Positions 45,975 through 56,320 of a DNA stretch of 64,000 nucleotides are shown here, one piece after another. The notes below the pieces were generated by a model that saw only the letters and a program-made list of their open reading frames with translations, ran no database searches and was not told where the DNA came from. Source of the stretch: Alphaproteobacteria bacterium (GTDB lineage: Bacteria > Pseudomonadota > Alphaproteobacteria > GCA-2731375); NCBI GenBank assembly GCA_965232515.1, contig CBDDPY010000002.1, positions 896,001 through 960,000 on the forward strand, in the 5' to 3' direction. Position 1 is the stretch's first letter, and each line of letters opens with the position of its first letter. The translations under genes were made by a program, and so were the position numbers.

Positions 45975-47024
45975 TTGGGTGAACCTGTCACGATAGCGCT
46001 CGACGCCATGGGCGGCGACAACGCGCCGCGCATCGTCGTCCGTGGCGCCGATATCGCGCGTGAACGCCATCCCGATGCGCGTTTCCTGTTCTTTGGTGAC
46101 GAGGGGCAAATCGAGCCGCTGTTGAAGCGCAGCCGGCGTCTGCAGGATGCGGCAGAGATCCACCATACCGACGAGATGGTCGCGGCTGACGACAAGCCCA
46201 GCCAGGCACTGCGCCGCGGCCGGCGCAGCTCCATGCGACTGGCCATCAACGCGGTCGCCGAAGGCGCCGCGGCCGGCGCCGTCTCGGCCGGCAATACCGG
46301 CGCGCTGATGGCCATGTCGAAGGTCGTGCTGAAGACGCTGCCCGGCATCGACCGGCCGGCAATCGCCAGTTTCTTTCCGACCCTGCGCGGCGAAAGCGTC
46401 ATGCTGGACCTGGGCGCCAATGTCGAGTGCGACGCCAACAATCTGGTGCAGTTCGCGGTCATGGGCGCCGCCTTCGCCCGCACCGTGCTGGGCGTGCAGA
46501 CGCCGACCGTCGGCCTACTCAATGTCGGCGAGGAGGACTTGAAGGGCAACGACACGGTCAAGCTTGCGGCCCAGCTGTTACGCGACACATCCCTGCCGCT
46601 GGCCTTCGAGGGCTTTATCGAGGGCGACGACATCGCCGGCGGCGCCACGGACGTGATCGTCACCGACGGCTTTACCGGCAATGTCGCGCTGAAGACCGCG
46701 GAAGGCACGGCCAAGCTCTATTCCTCCTTCCTGCGCAGCGCGTTCCAGAAATCGCTGATGTCGCGCCTGGGCTATCTGCTGGCCAAGGGCGCCATGGCGA
46801 CGCTGCGCGAGCGGGTCGATCCGCGGCACTACAACGGCGGCGTCTTCCTGGGCCTGAACGGCGTCAGCGTGAAGAGCCATGGCGGCACCGACGGGATCGG
46901 CTTCGCCACCGCGATCGGCCTGGCGATCGACATGGCGGCCGATAATCTGACAGGCAGAATTACCCAAGATTTCAAACGCTTCGGGAGTTTTGATGAACCC
47001 CAAGCGCAAGCAGCGGTGTCCTAA
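45975..47024 (+). CDS. plsX: Phosphate acyltransferase PlsX
   Basis: [37 protein letters not shown]. Confidence 0.97.
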   Translation: MGEPVTIALDAMGGDNAPRIVVRGADIARERHPDARFLFFGDEGQIEPLLKRSRRLQDAAEIHHTDEMVAADDKPSQALRRGRRSSMRLAINAVAEGAAAGAVSAGNTGALMAMSKVVLKTLPGIDRPAIASFFPTLRGESVMLDLGANVECDANNLVQFAVMGAAFARTVLGVQTPTVGLLNVGEEDLKGNDTVKLAAQLLRDTSLPLAFEGFIEGDDIAGGATDVIVTDGFTGNVALKTAEGTAKLYSSFLRSAFQKSLMSRLGYLLAKGAMATLRERVDPRHYNGGVFLGLNGVSVKSHGGTDGIGFATAIGLAIDMAADNLTGRITQDFKRFGSFDEPQAQAAVS

Positions 47025-47025
47025 G

Positions 47026-47997
47026 ATGTTTCGTTCGGTCATAACCGGCTGTGGCGCTTACCTGCCGGCCCATTGCGTCACCAACGACGAGCTGGCCGAA
47101 CGGGTCGATACCAGCGACGAGTGGATTGTCGAACGCACCGGCATCCGCAAACGCCACATCGCCGCGGAAGGCGAACTGACCTCGGATCTGGCCCAGACGG
47201 CGGCCGAACGCGCGCTCGCCAGCGCCGGCATTCCGGCCCAGGACGTCGATCTGATCGTGCTGGCGACATCGACGCCGGACGAGACCTTTCCTGCGACCGC
47301 CACCACCGTCCAGGCCCGGCTCGGCATTGCCGGCGGACCGGCGTTCGATGTCCAGGCGGTGTGCTCGGGCTTCGTCTATGCGCTGGCCGTCGCCGACAAT
47401 TTCGTCCGCGCCGGCCAGTCGAAGACGGCGCTGGTGATCGGCGCCGAGACGTTCAGCCGCATTCTCGATTGGGAAGATCGCACGACCTGCGTGCTGTTCG
47501 GCGATGGCGCCGGCGCCGTGGTTCTGCGGGCCGAGAACGGCGCCGCCACCAACGGTGCCCGCGGCATCCTGTCGACCCATCTGCATGCCGACGGCCGCCA
47601 GCATGACATGCTCTATGTCGACGGCGGCCCGTCCTCGACCCAGACGACGGGCTACCTGCGCATGAAGGGCAGGGAAGTGTTCCGCCATGCGGTCGTCAAT
47701 CTCGCCCAGGTCACCACCGAAGCGCTGGCCCAGAATGGGCTGGAGGCGAACGATGTCGATTGGCTGGTGCCGCACCAGGCGAACCGGCGAATCATCGATC
47801 ACACGGCCCGAAAGCTGGGACTGGCGCCGGAAAAGGTGGTCCTGACTGTCGAGCAGCATGGCAACACATCGGCTGCCTCGGTGCCTCTGGCCCTCGATCA
47901 GGCCATTTCGGATGGTCGAATCAAACAGGGCGATATCGTCCTGATGGAGGCCATGGGCGGTGGATTTACCTGGGGTGCGGCGCTCGCACGCTGGTAA
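47026..47997 (+). CDS. fabH: Beta-ketoacyl-ACP synthase III
   Basis: DTSDEWI..RTGI, catalytic AVCSG, PHQAN, GNTSAAS. Confidence 0.96.
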   Translation: MFRSVITGCGAYLPAHCVTNDELAERVDTSDEWIVERTGIRKRHIAAEGELTSDLAQTAAERALASAGIPAQDVDLIVLATSTPDETFPATATTVQARLGIAGGPAFDVQAVCSGFVYALAVADNFVRAGQSKTALVIGAETFSRILDWEDRTTCVLFGDGAGAVVLRAENGAATNGARGILSTHLHADGRQHDMLYVDGGPSSTQTTGYLRMKGREVFRHAVVNLAQVTTEALAQNGLEANDVDWLVPHQANRRIIDHTARKLGLAPEKVVLTVEQHGNTSAASVPLALDQAISDGRIKQGDIVLMEAMGGGFTWGAALARW

Positions 47998-48107
47998 ACC
48001 TGCCCCAAGTTTGCTCCAATTAACTTAAACTCCGCGCCGCATCCCTTTGATATTGACGGACTTCTCCGTCGGCGTTACCGTTCGGCGATTGTTCAAGCGG
48101 AGGTCCC

Positions 48108-48422
48108 ATGACCGGATCGACGGTCACCAGAGCGCAATTGAGTGAGGCGGTCTACCAGGAGGTAGGCCTCTCGAGAAACGAATCGGCACAATTGGTGGAG
48201 ATGGTTCTGAAGGAAATCGCCGACCGTCTGGTCGATGGCGATTCCGTGAAGATCTCCTCGTTCGGCAGCTTCTCCGTGCGTCAGAAGGGCGGGCGGGTCG
48301 GCCGGAACCCCAAGACCGGCGAGGAGGTGCCGATCGCGCCCCGCCGTGTGCTGGTGTTCCGCCCCAGCCACGTGCTGAAGGAAGAAATCAACGGCCGCCT
48401 GTCGCCGCAAGAAAGCGTTTAA
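48108..48422 (+). CDS. ihfA: Integration host factor alpha
   Basis: [21 protein letters not shown]; fabH-ihfA-merR order. Confidence 0.96.
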   Translation: MTGSTVTRAQLSEAVYQEVGLSRNESAQLVEMVLKEIADRLVDGDSVKISSFGSFSVRQKGGRVGRNPKTGEEVPIAPRRVLVFRPSHVLKEEINGRLSPQESV

Positions 48423-48425
48423 CGC

Positions 48426-48902
48426 ATGGCCAACGCTGGTGAAGGAGAGGACACCGGCCGGCGCCTACGCAAATCGCCGGATGCTTTCCGTACGATCAGC
48501 GAGGTCGCGAGCGAACTGGACGTCCCGCAGCACGTGTTGCGGTTCTGGGAAAGCAAGTTCAGCCAGATCAAGCCGCTGAAGCGGGGCGGCGGCCGCCGGT
48601 ATTACCGGCCCGAGGACGTCGACCTGCTGCGCGGCATCCGGCATCTCCTCTACACCGACGGCTACACCATCAAGGGCGTGCAGAAGCTGCTGCGCGAGAA
48701 GGGCGCCAAGGCGATCGTCGACTCGGGTCGCCAGCTGTCGGCCGATCCCCAGGCGAAACCCGTCGTCGGCGCCGCCCCGCCGCCGGTCGAGACGGGCGCT
48801 GCGCCGGCCGCCGGCCTGAACGATGCCCAGCGCCGCAAGCTCGACGCCGCCATCGACGAACTGACCAGCCTCCAGCAACTGCTCAAGTCCGCGCTGGACT
48901 GA
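48426..48902 (+). CDS. MerR-family transcriptional regulator
   Basis: FRTISEV...HVLRFWE...GGRRYYRP...GYTIKGVQ. Confidence 0.93.
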   Translation: MANAGEGEDTGRRLRKSPDAFRTISEVASELDVPQHVLRFWESKFSQIKPLKRGGGRRYYRPEDVDLLRGIRHLLYTDGYTIKGVQKLLREKGAKAIVDSGRQLSADPQAKPVVGAAPPPVETGAAPAAGLNDAQRRKLDAAIDELTSLQQLLKSALD

Positions 48903-48909
48903 AGGCGCG

Positions 48910-48938
48910 TTGCCGCTGCCGCCGCCGGTCGCTATAGT
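48910..48938 (+). promoter_or_regulatory. Sigma70-type promoter of tRNA-Pro
   Basis: TTGCCG-N17-TATAGT ending 12 nt before the tRNA. Confidence 0.6.
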
Positions 48939-48950
48939 GCGCCGGTTCGA

Positions 48951-49027
48951 CGGAGCGTAGCGCAGCCTGGTAGCGCATCACACTGGGGGTGTGGGGGTCG
49001 CCGGTTCGAATCCGGCCGCTCCGACCA
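48951..49027 (+). tRNA. tRNA-Pro (anticodon GGG)
   Basis: 77-nt cloverleaf: CGGAGCG/CGCTCCG acceptor stem, loop CT-GGG-GG, GGTTCGAATCC T arm, encoded CCA. Confidence 0.97.
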
Positions 49028-49034
49028 ACTGACG

Positions 49035-49070
49035 AACAAGGGGTTAGTCACCGCTGGCTAACCCCTTGTT
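49035..49070. terminator. Bidirectional hairpin after tRNA-Pro
   Basis: AACAAGGGGTTAGTCA-CCGC-TGGCTAACCCCTTGTT, between converging tRNA and kinase genes. Confidence 0.75.
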
Positions 49071-50989
49071 TGTGTCGGTGCGCGGCTTTCGTCAACGACA
49101 ACGCGATGCGCCGGCAGACGCACCGACACGCTCGTGCCAACGCCGATATCGCTCTCGATTTCCAGACTGCCGCCATGCAACTCAGTCAGCGATTTGCTCA
49201 ACGGCAAGCCTAACCCTGTGCCTTCGTACCGTCTGCTGAGCGTCTGATCCAATTGCGAAAACGGCGTCAGTGCACGCACGATATCGTCTTCGGCCATGCC
49301 GATCCCGGTATCGCGAACCCGCATCCGCATGGCGCCATCAACCTCACACTCGGCTTCCAATGTTACCTGCCCGCCGGTTTCGGTGAACTTGATGGCATTG
49401 GCCAGGAGGTTCAGCAGGATCTGGCGCAGGGCGCGCGGGTCGGCCCGAACCCGTGGCAGTTCCGGCGTCATCTCTGACTTCAGGTCGATGCCGGCTCTCT
49501 CGGCCGAAAGGCCGACGATATCGAGGGAATCCTGCACGACGTCAGCCAAGTCGACGATTTCTTCGACCAGCTCGAACTGCCCTGCTTCGATTTTCGACAG
49601 ATCCAAGACGTCGTTGATGATGCCCAGCAGGTGCCTGCCGCTCTTGGCGATGTCGGCCGCATATTCCCGGTACTTCTCCACACTCAGATTGCCGGATCGA
49701 TCGGCTTCGATGATCTCGGCGAATCCGATGACGGCATTCAACGGCGTTCGAAGCTCATGGCTCATATTGGCCAAAAATGCCGACTTCGCCCTGTTTGCCG
49801 CCTCCGCCTGCTGGATCGCCGCCTGCAGGGCCTGCTCGCGCTGCTTCAATTCCGTGACATCGGGCGTCGTGATCAAGATACCGCCGTCATTGGTCCTTTC
49901 CTCGCGCACGAGGAGCCAACGCCCGCTGCGCAAAACTTCGAACGTGCTTGGCGGATTGCGATGTATCGCCATGCGTTCGGACAGCCATTTTTCCTCGCGA
50001 CCGACAGCGTGTGGCACGTCGCCCAGGCGCAGGCTTTCGCGCATATATGCCTCGAATGTTATGCCTGCCTGCAGCAGATCGGCTGCGGCCCCCGACTGCG
50101 CACGATAACGGCCGTTGCAGAACACCAGACGGTCGCTGGCGTCCCAATAGGCGATGCCCTCCGACAATCCTTCCAGCGCATTCAGAAAACGGGTCTGATT
50201 GCGCGACACCGTCTCCTGGGTCTCGATAATCTCGGTAATGTCGCTGCAGGAGCCGCGATAGCCCAGAAACTGTCCATCGGGATCGAAAAACGGTTTCCCG
50301 CTGGCGCTGATATGGCGCAGACGACCGCTCTTGTCCGCCACCACGTGACGAATGTCGCGAAACGGCCGATGGGCGTTCATTGCGTCGAGATGTTGTCGCC
50401 GGTTCGGCGCATCGGCCACTGGTTCCTGAAATTCGAACCACCCTTTGCCGATACGCGTTTCCGGCGCCAGCCCCAGCACGTCTTCGAACCGGCTCGATAC
50501 ATAGGTCAGCTTATGTCCGGCATCCGTTTCCCAGAACCAGTCGGCCGATGCTTCGGCGAAGTCTTGGAACCGCCGGTCCGATATCGCGAGCGCCGCTTCG
50601 GCCCGTTTCTGATCGGTAATATCCAGTAACAGGCCGTCCCAAACGGTGTCGCCGTTGGCCCGTCGGCGCGGGTGAGAATTGCCCAGGATCCAGTGCTCGC
50701 GGCCCTGGACGTCGATGATGCGGAATTCGAGCCGCCAGTGCGTCAGTTTCGCCGCTGACTCGCGCAACGATTCGCGAAACCGCGCGCGGTCATCGCGATG
50801 CAGCGTGTCCAACAACAACTGCGGCCGCGCCATGACCTGTTCGGGTTCGAGTCCATAGATCCGGCGGATCGTCGCACTGATGAAGGGATACTCGATCGTG
50901 CCGTCGGCACGCATGACCCGCTCATAGATGATGCCCGGGCTGTTTGCGGCGATGGCTTCGAGCCGACGCCAGCGAGCGTCGGTGACCAT
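49058..50989 (-). CDS. Cytoplasmic multi-PAS sensor histidine kinase (PleC/DivJ-homologue type)
   Basis: Three PAS-like repeats, H box FLANMSHELRTPLNAVIGF, NAIKFT, DTGIG, GTGLGL; no TM or receiver domain; alternative ATG 51061. Confidence 0.93.
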   Translation of the reverse strand: MVTDARWRRLEAIAANSPGIIYERVMRADGTIEYPFISATIRRIYGLEPEQVMARPQLLLDTLHRDDRARFRESLRESAAKLTHWRLEFRIIDVQGREHWILGNSHPRRRANGDTVWDGLLLDITDQKRAEAALAISDRRFQDFAEASADWFWETDAGHKLTYVSSRFEDVLGLAPETRIGKGWFEFQEPVADAPNRRQHLDAMNAHRPFRDIRHVVADKSGRLRHISASGKPFFDPDGQFLGYRGSCSDITEIIETQETVSRNQTRFLNALEGLSEGIAYWDASDRLVFCNGRYRAQSGAAADLLQAGITFEAYMRESLRLGDVPHAVGREEKWLSERMAIHRNPPSTFEVLRSGRWLLVREERTNDGGILITTPDVTELKQREQALQAAIQQAEAANRAKSAFLANMSHELRTPLNAVIGFAEIIEADRSGNLSVEKYREYAADIAKSGRHLLGIINDVLDLSKIEAGQFELVEEIVDLADVVQDSLDIVGLSAERAGIDLKSEMTPELPRVRADPRALRQILLNLLANAIKFTETGGQVTLEAECEVDGAMRMRVRDTGIGMAEDDIVRALTPFSQLDQTLSRRYEGTGLGLPLSKSLTELHGGSLEIESDIGVGTSVSVRLPAHRVVVDESRAPTQTRG

Positions 50990-51064
50990 ATCGATGTCGG
51001 CAGCCGGCTTCGAGGCCAATGTTATGTTCCCGGCCTGCAATCGTTGGTGCCAGGGTGCCATTTC

Positions 51065-51077
51065 ATGGTTAACGGAT
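51065..51077 (-). promoter_or_regulatory. CtrA-like site upstream of PAS kinase
   Basis: ATCCGTTAACCAT on the minus strand, identical to 12920-12932 upstream of motA. Confidence 0.55.
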
Positions 51078-51504
51078 CACTGATGCAAGCAACGGATGAA
51101 ATGCGGACGTCGATGCATGTACGTTGCCTCTCCGTCTGCGACATATTGAGGCAGTTCCAGCCGGTCGCGGAGTTCGGCGCTTGACCTCTCGCGTCTCACG
51201 GAAGACTTAGATCGTTGTCATCCTTATGACCGGCGCCGGTCGTCTCGTATGTGGACTGGCAACATCGGATCAAGGTCCATTTCAGCGCTGAAGCAATGCA
51301 CGTAAGCAAATGAAATACCTGACTTTTTTGCTGATCGCAGGTTCATTTACGCTAATCGGGGAGGGCTGCCATTTTCCCGGTCTGCGCGGTGACAGGCAAG
51401 GCGTGACCTTCGAGCGGCCTTGGGGCGAGCCCCGTGACGGCGCGGAAAAGGCGACGCCGACGGATAAAACCGGGTCGTCGGCGCCTGCCGATGAGGACTA
51501 GCGT

Positions 51505-52569
51505 ATGACGGTCGGAACGGCCGTTGGCGCCGGGCAGACCGTCGGCGCGAACCGCGCCATGGCGCTCTGGCTGCTGGTCGTGGCCGGACTCGTCTTCCTG
51601 ATGGTGATACTGGGCGGCGCCACGCGGCTGACCCAGTCCGGCCTGTCGATGGTGCATTGGCAGTTCGCCGGCGTGCTGCCGCCCATGGACGAGGCGCAGT
51701 GGATGGCTGAGTTCGAGCGCTACAAGCAGTTCCCCGAATACCAGAAGATCAATCGCGGCATGGCGCTTGCCGAGTTCAAGACGATCTACTGGTTCGAATA
51801 TTCGCATCGCATGCTGGGCCGCCTGATCGGCCTCGCCTTCGCGCTGCCCTTCGCCTGGTTCCTGATCCGGGGCCAGGTCAGCTGGCGCCTTGCGCCGAAG
51901 CTGACGGGCCTTTTCCTGCTTGGTGGAATGCAAGGCCTGGTCGGCTGGTGGATGGTGAAGAGCGGCCTGGTCGACCGGCCGGATGTCAGCCATTACCGCC
52001 TGACCGTGCATCTGGGCCTGGCCTTCGCCATTTTCGGCGCGCTCCTGTGGGTCGCGCTCGATCTCCTGAAGCCGGTTCGGCCCGACACCGCGCTTGCCCG
52101 ATCGCGGCTGAAGGGCTGGGCGATCTTGGTCGTGCTGATGGTCTTCGCGCAATCGCTGCTGGGCGGCTTGGTCGCCGGCCTCAACGCCGGTCTCGTCTAC
52201 AACACCTTTCCGTTGATGGACGGCATGCTGTTTCCGCCCGAGCTGTTCCAGGCCACGCCCTGGTGGCTGAACCTGCTCGAAAACCCGGTCACGCTGCAGT
52301 TCAACCATCGGGTCGGCGCCTTGGCCGTGACGATCGTGATCGTCGTGGTCTGGCTGTGGTCCCGGCGCGGCGGCTTCGGCCGCGGCACGCGGCTCGCCTT
52401 CGACGCGTTGCTGCTGGCGCTCATCGGCCAGGTCGTGCTCGGCGTGCTGACGCTCATTCACATGGTGCCGGTCGTGCTCGGCGTTGCGCATCAGGGCGGC
52501 GCGCTCGTCCTACTGGCCAGCAGCATCGTCGTCGCGCATCGGCTGACCCGTGGTAGAATGCCGGCATGA
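51505..52569 (+). CDS. ctaA: Heme A synthase (COX15/CtaA type 2)
   Basis: GGATRLTQSGLS, WFEYSHR, VSHYRLTVHL, QFNHR, AHQ. Confidence 0.95.
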   Translation: MTVGTAVGAGQTVGANRAMALWLLVVAGLVFLMVILGGATRLTQSGLSMVHWQFAGVLPPMDEAQWMAEFERYKQFPEYQKINRGMALAEFKTIYWFEYSHRMLGRLIGLAFALPFAWFLIRGQVSWRLAPKLTGLFLLGGMQGLVGWWMVKSGLVDRPDVSHYRLTVHLGLAFAIFGALLWVALDLLKPVRPDTALARSRLKGWAILVVLMVFAQSLLGGLVAGLNAGLVYNTFPLMDGMLFPPELFQATPWWLNLLENPVTLQFNHRVGALAVTIVIVVVWLWSRRGGFGRGTRLAFDALLLALIGQVVLGVLTLIHMVPVVLGVAHQGGALVLLASSIVVAHRLTRGRMPA

Positions 52570-52886
52570 GCGAACCGGTCCTGTTGTACGTCACCGCCGC
52601 CAACCGAACGGAGGCCGGCGAGATTTCCCGCGCGCTCGTCGAATCCGGCCTGGTCGCCTGCGCCAACATCATGCAGCCGCACACCGCGGTCTACCGCTGG
52701 GAAGGCGAGGTCAAGTCGGACAAGGAAGTCGCCATCATCATGAAGACCCGGCGGGACCTGGTGATTCACGCCAGCGAGCGCATCAAGGCGATGCATTCCT
52801 ATGACGTCCCCTGCGTCGTCGCGGTGCCGATCGTCGCCGGAAATCCCGACTTCCTGCAATGGATCGACAGCGAGACCGGTGAGTAA
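52566..52886 (+). CDS. cutA: Divalent-cation tolerance protein CutA
   Basis: LVACAN, YRWEG, HSYDVPC, FLQWI. Confidence 0.93.
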   Translation: MSEPVLLYVTAANRTEAGEISRALVESGLVACANIMQPHTAVYRWEGEVKSDKEVAIIMKTRRDLVIHASERIKAMHSYDVPCVVAVPIVAGNPDFLQWIDSETGE

Positions 52887-52972
52887 CGGGACGCTGGCCT
52901 TCGTCTGACGCATAACGGATCGCCCCGCCTGCGGCTATACTGCCGCCGCCTGCCAATCATCGGATCGAGCGT

Positions 52973-54184
52973 ATGAACGGGCTGTCAAACCGCCTCACCC
53001 TCGGCTTCGCCAGTCTGGCGCACACCTATTCGCACATGTTCGTGCTGTTCTACGCGACCGTGGTGCTGGTGCTGGAGCGCGAGTGGGGGCTGCCCTATGC
53101 ACAGCTCTTCGCGCTGTCGATCCCCGGCGCCATCCTGTTCGGGGCCTGCGCGCTGCCAGCGGGCTGGCTCGGCGACAAATGGTCGGCGTCCGGCATGATG
53201 GCCGTGTTCTTCCTCGGCACCGGCGCCGCCTCGATCTACACCGGCCTGACCGACAGCGCGCTCACGCTCGCCGTCGGCTTGTCGCTGATCGGCGTGTTCG
53301 CCTCGATCTATCATCCCGTCGGCATTCCGTGGCTGGTCAAGCATGCCGTCAACCGGGGTCGGGCGCTCGGCATCAATGGCGTGTTCGGCAGCGCCGGCAC
53401 GGCCGCCGCCGCGATCGTCGCCGGCGTGCTCGCCGAAGCCTTCGGCTGGCGCGCCGCCTTCATCGTGCCGGGCGTGATCTGCATCGCCACCGGCATCCTG
53501 TTCGTCATCGGCATCCGCGCCGGCCTGATCGTCGAGGGCGAGCAGGACGCGGCGCCGACACCGGCGCCAACCAGCGGCGACATGAAGCGGGCCTTCGCCA
53601 TGCTGGCCGTGACGGTCACCTGCACGGGCCTGATCTATCAGTCGACGTCCTACGCGCTACCGAAGATCTTCGACGAACGGCTTGCCGATTTCGTCGGCGA
53701 CTCGCTGATCGGCATCGGCGGTCTGGTCACGCTCTGTTATCTGGTGTCCGGCCTGACGCAGCTGATCGGCGGCGAGCTCGCCGATCGTTATTCACAAAAG
53801 GCCGTCTACGCCTGGACCCAGGTGCTGCAGGTGCCGCTTTACATCCTGGCCTTCGGCTTGATCCATCCGGCCCTGGTCGGCGCGGCCGTCGTAATGATCA
53901 GCCTCAACGTCATGGGCCAGCCGGCCGAGAACTCGTTGATGGCCCGCTACACGCCGCTGAAGTGGCGGGGCCGGGCCTTCGGCATCAAGTTTGTGCTGAC
54001 ATTGGGGGTCAGCGCCATCGGCGTCGCCATGATCCCGGTGATCCACGCCGCCGCCGGCAGTCTCGACATCCTGTTCCTGGCCCTGATGGTCTTTGCCGCC
54101 CTTGCGTTCGTCGCCGCGATCATGCTGCCAAGCGCCAAAACGACGCTCGCCAAATCCATCCCCGCACCGGCCGGCGACGACTGA
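52973..54184 (+). CDS. MFS transporter
   Basis: 12-TM pattern; GWLGDKW, FASIYHPVG, GELADRY. Confidence 0.9.
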   Translation: MNGLSNRLTLGFASLAHTYSHMFVLFYATVVLVLEREWGLPYAQLFALSIPGAILFGACALPAGWLGDKWSASGMMAVFFLGTGAASIYTGLTDSALTLAVGLSLIGVFASIYHPVGIPWLVKHAVNRGRALGINGVFGSAGTAAAAIVAGVLAEAFGWRAAFIVPGVICIATGILFVIGIRAGLIVEGEQDAAPTPAPTSGDMKRAFAMLAVTVTCTGLIYQSTSYALPKIFDERLADFVGDSLIGIGGLVTLCYLVSGLTQLIGGELADRYSQKAVYAWTQVLQVPLYILAFGLIHPALVGAAVVMISLNVMGQPAENSLMARYTPLKWRGRAFGIKFVLTLGVSAIGVAMIPVIHAAAGSLDILFLALMVFAALAFVAAIMLPSAKTTLAKSIPAPAGDD

Positions 54185-54365
54185 CCCAAGACATCACGGC
54201 CGGGAATTTGAGAACAAAACGCGACAACACGCGCTTTTCGAGATATTGCCCGGAACAAAACATCAATTTGCGGGCAATTTCGGCGGGGCCAGACCGGCTT
54301 AACGTCTTTCGGGCATAATATCGGTCAACGCCAAGTCCGGACCAACTTCACGAAAGGTGACGGCG

Positions 54366-54584
54366 ATGAGCGAGATTCAGAGCCTGCATGGCACGACCGT
54401 TGCCGAGATTTTCGATTCCGGCCTGCAACGCCTCGACCAGATCGAGGCGGTCGCCATTTCGGTGCTGTGGAAGGACGGCACGGTGACGGCCGGCTGCTCG
54501 AACATGGACCTGTCGCAACTGGCGCTGCTCGTCCTGGCGCTGGACGAGCATCAGCGGCGGCAGTTCTCCTCGGAGGAGGCCTAG
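54366..54584 (+). CDS. Hypothetical 72-aa protein
   Basis: GAAAGGTG RBS before ATG, host-like codons, fills gap between MFS and convergent gene. Confidence 0.7.
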   Translation: MSEIQSLHGTTVAEIFDSGLQRLDQIEAVAISVLWKDGTVTAGCSNMDLSQLALLVLALDEHQRRQFSSEEA

Positions 54585-54588
54585 CCTA

Positions 54589-55137
54589 CTAGACGATCGG
54601 CGCGGAACCGACGCGCGGGTCGACGCGGCCGCCGTCGGCGATGGCCATGGCCAGCAGGATCTCGGTCGGCCGCGGCGCATCGGCGACCATGATCGTCATC
54701 GTATCGAAATGATCGAAGGACCAGGGGTTGTCCTTGTGGCCGAGCGGCAGGTCGATCGGGGTGCCCGCCGCCGACACCTTGCAGTTCGACGGGATCAAGG
54801 CTTCGCCGCCGCCGACCGCGTCGCGCATCGGCTTGCCCAGCATCGGATGGATCAAGGCGCCGCCATGCTCGACATCGCCCGCCGCGCCGACGATGGCGGC
54901 CTTCCCATAGCTGACCGGCGGCCCGTCGAGCAGCGCCACCAGCTTGGGCATCAGCTCGGCCGCGATGTCCCGGCTGATATGGAACATCGGCGACAGGTCG
55001 GCGACGTAACGGCCGGCATAGGGGTTTTCGACGATGGCGATGCCGACGGCGCGGTTGATCGGCGGCGTCGCCTTCTGTCCCGCTTCCGACAGCACGGTTT
55101 CGTGCGTCACGATCAGCTTGCGAATGTCCACGTCCAT
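54589..55137 (-). CDS. Amino acid synthesis family protein (DUF1185)
   Basis: IRK...NPYAGRYV.DL, SYGKAAIVG..G..EHG, DLPLGHK, DAPRP.EI. Confidence 0.85.
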   Translation of the reverse strand: MDVDIRKLIVTHETVLSEAGQKATPPINRAVGIAIVENPYAGRYVADLSPMFHISRDIAAELMPKLVALLDGPPVSYGKAAIVGAAGDVEHGGALIHPMLGKPMRDAVGGGEALIPSNCKVSAAGTPIDLPLGHKDNPWSFDHFDTMTIMVADAPRPTEILLAMAIADGGRVDPRVGSAPIV

Positions 55138-55151
55138 GTCGTTCCCCCGCG

Positions 55152-56306
55152 TCAATCGATGTCCGGCAGACTATAGACCGTCTCGTCGCCGTCTATGCCT
55201 TTCAAGGCATACGTGCCAACGGTATGCATGGACAGACCGCTGGCGGCGGCGAAATCGCTCGATGTCAACAGCGTCTTGCCGAGGCCGCTGCACAGGCCCT
55301 CGATCCGCGTCACCTTGTTCACCGGCGGGCCGATCACGGTGAAGTCGAGCCGGTCCGGCGCGCCGATATTGCCGTAGGCGACCTGACCAAGATGCAGGGC
55401 AATGCCGAAACGAATGCGCGGATCGTCGATATCAGCGACAGCGGCCATGGCGTCGCGCGATGCGGCGACCGCCTGGCCGCAGACCTTGGCCACATCCGCG
55501 CCGTCCGGCAGCGGGAAGATCGCCAGCACGGCATCGCCGATGAACTTCAGCACCTCGCCGCCGTGCGCTTCCAGCGCGCCGCAGACCGCCTCGAAGTAGG
55601 CGTTCAACAATTCGATGACCTCCGTGGGCGGATGCCCTTCGGACAGCACCGTGAAGCTGCGCAGGTCGCAGAACCAGAGCACGGCGTCGATCATCTCAGC
55701 ATCGCCGCGCCGGATCGTGCCCTCCAGGACCTTCGGTCCGGTCGCCGCACCAAGATAGGTCTCGAGCACGGTTCGCGAGATCTGCCGCAACGACTGGATC
55801 TCCAGCAGCGGCGCCAGCGCCGGCACGGCGGCGGACATTGCCGTCACCTGGTCTTCGCCAAACCCCTCGGGCGCCCGCGTGGCGAACGTCATGGCGTTCG
55901 GCCGGCCGTCGCTGAATGCGACCGGCAGCACAAGATAGTCGGTGACGCCCTGGTCCTTGAGCTCCGGCAGGATCGAATAGTCGAGCGCCACGTCCGCATC
56001 GCAAAGCCGCCGGCGGACCATGGCGCCGCCCTCGAAGATTGTCCGGATCGGACTATCGAGATACTGCGCCGTCACATCGATGCCGTAGGGCACCGCGATG
56101 TCGCGCCCGCCCTCCTCGAGCGTCCACTGGCGCGCCGCCACCAGCATCTGCGGATGTAGCGTCTGCACCGAGAGCGTCATACGCACCAACGGGATGCCGT
56201 CATGCCGCAGTCGTTCGGCGAAGGCGTCGATCAGCGCGCCCATCCCGACAATGTGCCGGGCTTCGTCTTGCAGCCAGTCGGCGATGCCGGAAAACGCCGC
56301 CGGCAT
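55152..56306 (-). CDS. Class III adenylate cyclase with GAF-like N-terminal domain
   Basis: CDLRSFT, KFIGD, GNIG...LDFTVIG..VN...R (Lys/Asp pair implies ATP specificity); start at ATG 56306. Confidence 0.9.
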   Translation of the reverse strand: MPAAFSGIADWLQDEARHIVGMGALIDAFAERLRHDGIPLVRMTLSVQTLHPQMLVAARQWTLEEGGRDIAVPYGIDVTAQYLDSPIRTIFEGGAMVRRRLCDADVALDYSILPELKDQGVTDYLVLPVAFSDGRPNAMTFATRAPEGFGEDQVTAMSAAVPALAPLLEIQSLRQISRTVLETYLGAATGPKVLEGTIRRGDAEMIDAVLWFCDLRSFTVLSEGHPPTEVIELLNAYFEAVCGALEAHGGEVLKFIGDAVLAIFPLPDGADVAKVCGQAVAASRDAMAAVADIDDPRIRFGIALHLGQVAYGNIGAPDRLDFTVIGPPVNKVTRIEGLCSGLGKTLLTSSDFAAASGLSMHTVGTYALKGIDGDETVYSLPDID

Positions 56307-56320
56307 CGGGTCCGCGGCCG

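Noticed and set aside
51180-51500. FNR/FixK box upstream of ctaA
   Set aside because: No convincing TTGAT-N4-ATCAA match found
48951-54600. Prophage or integrative element at tRNA-Pro
   Set aside because: No integrase, structural genes or attR duplication seen; core genes (ctaA, cutA) resume within 2.5 kb
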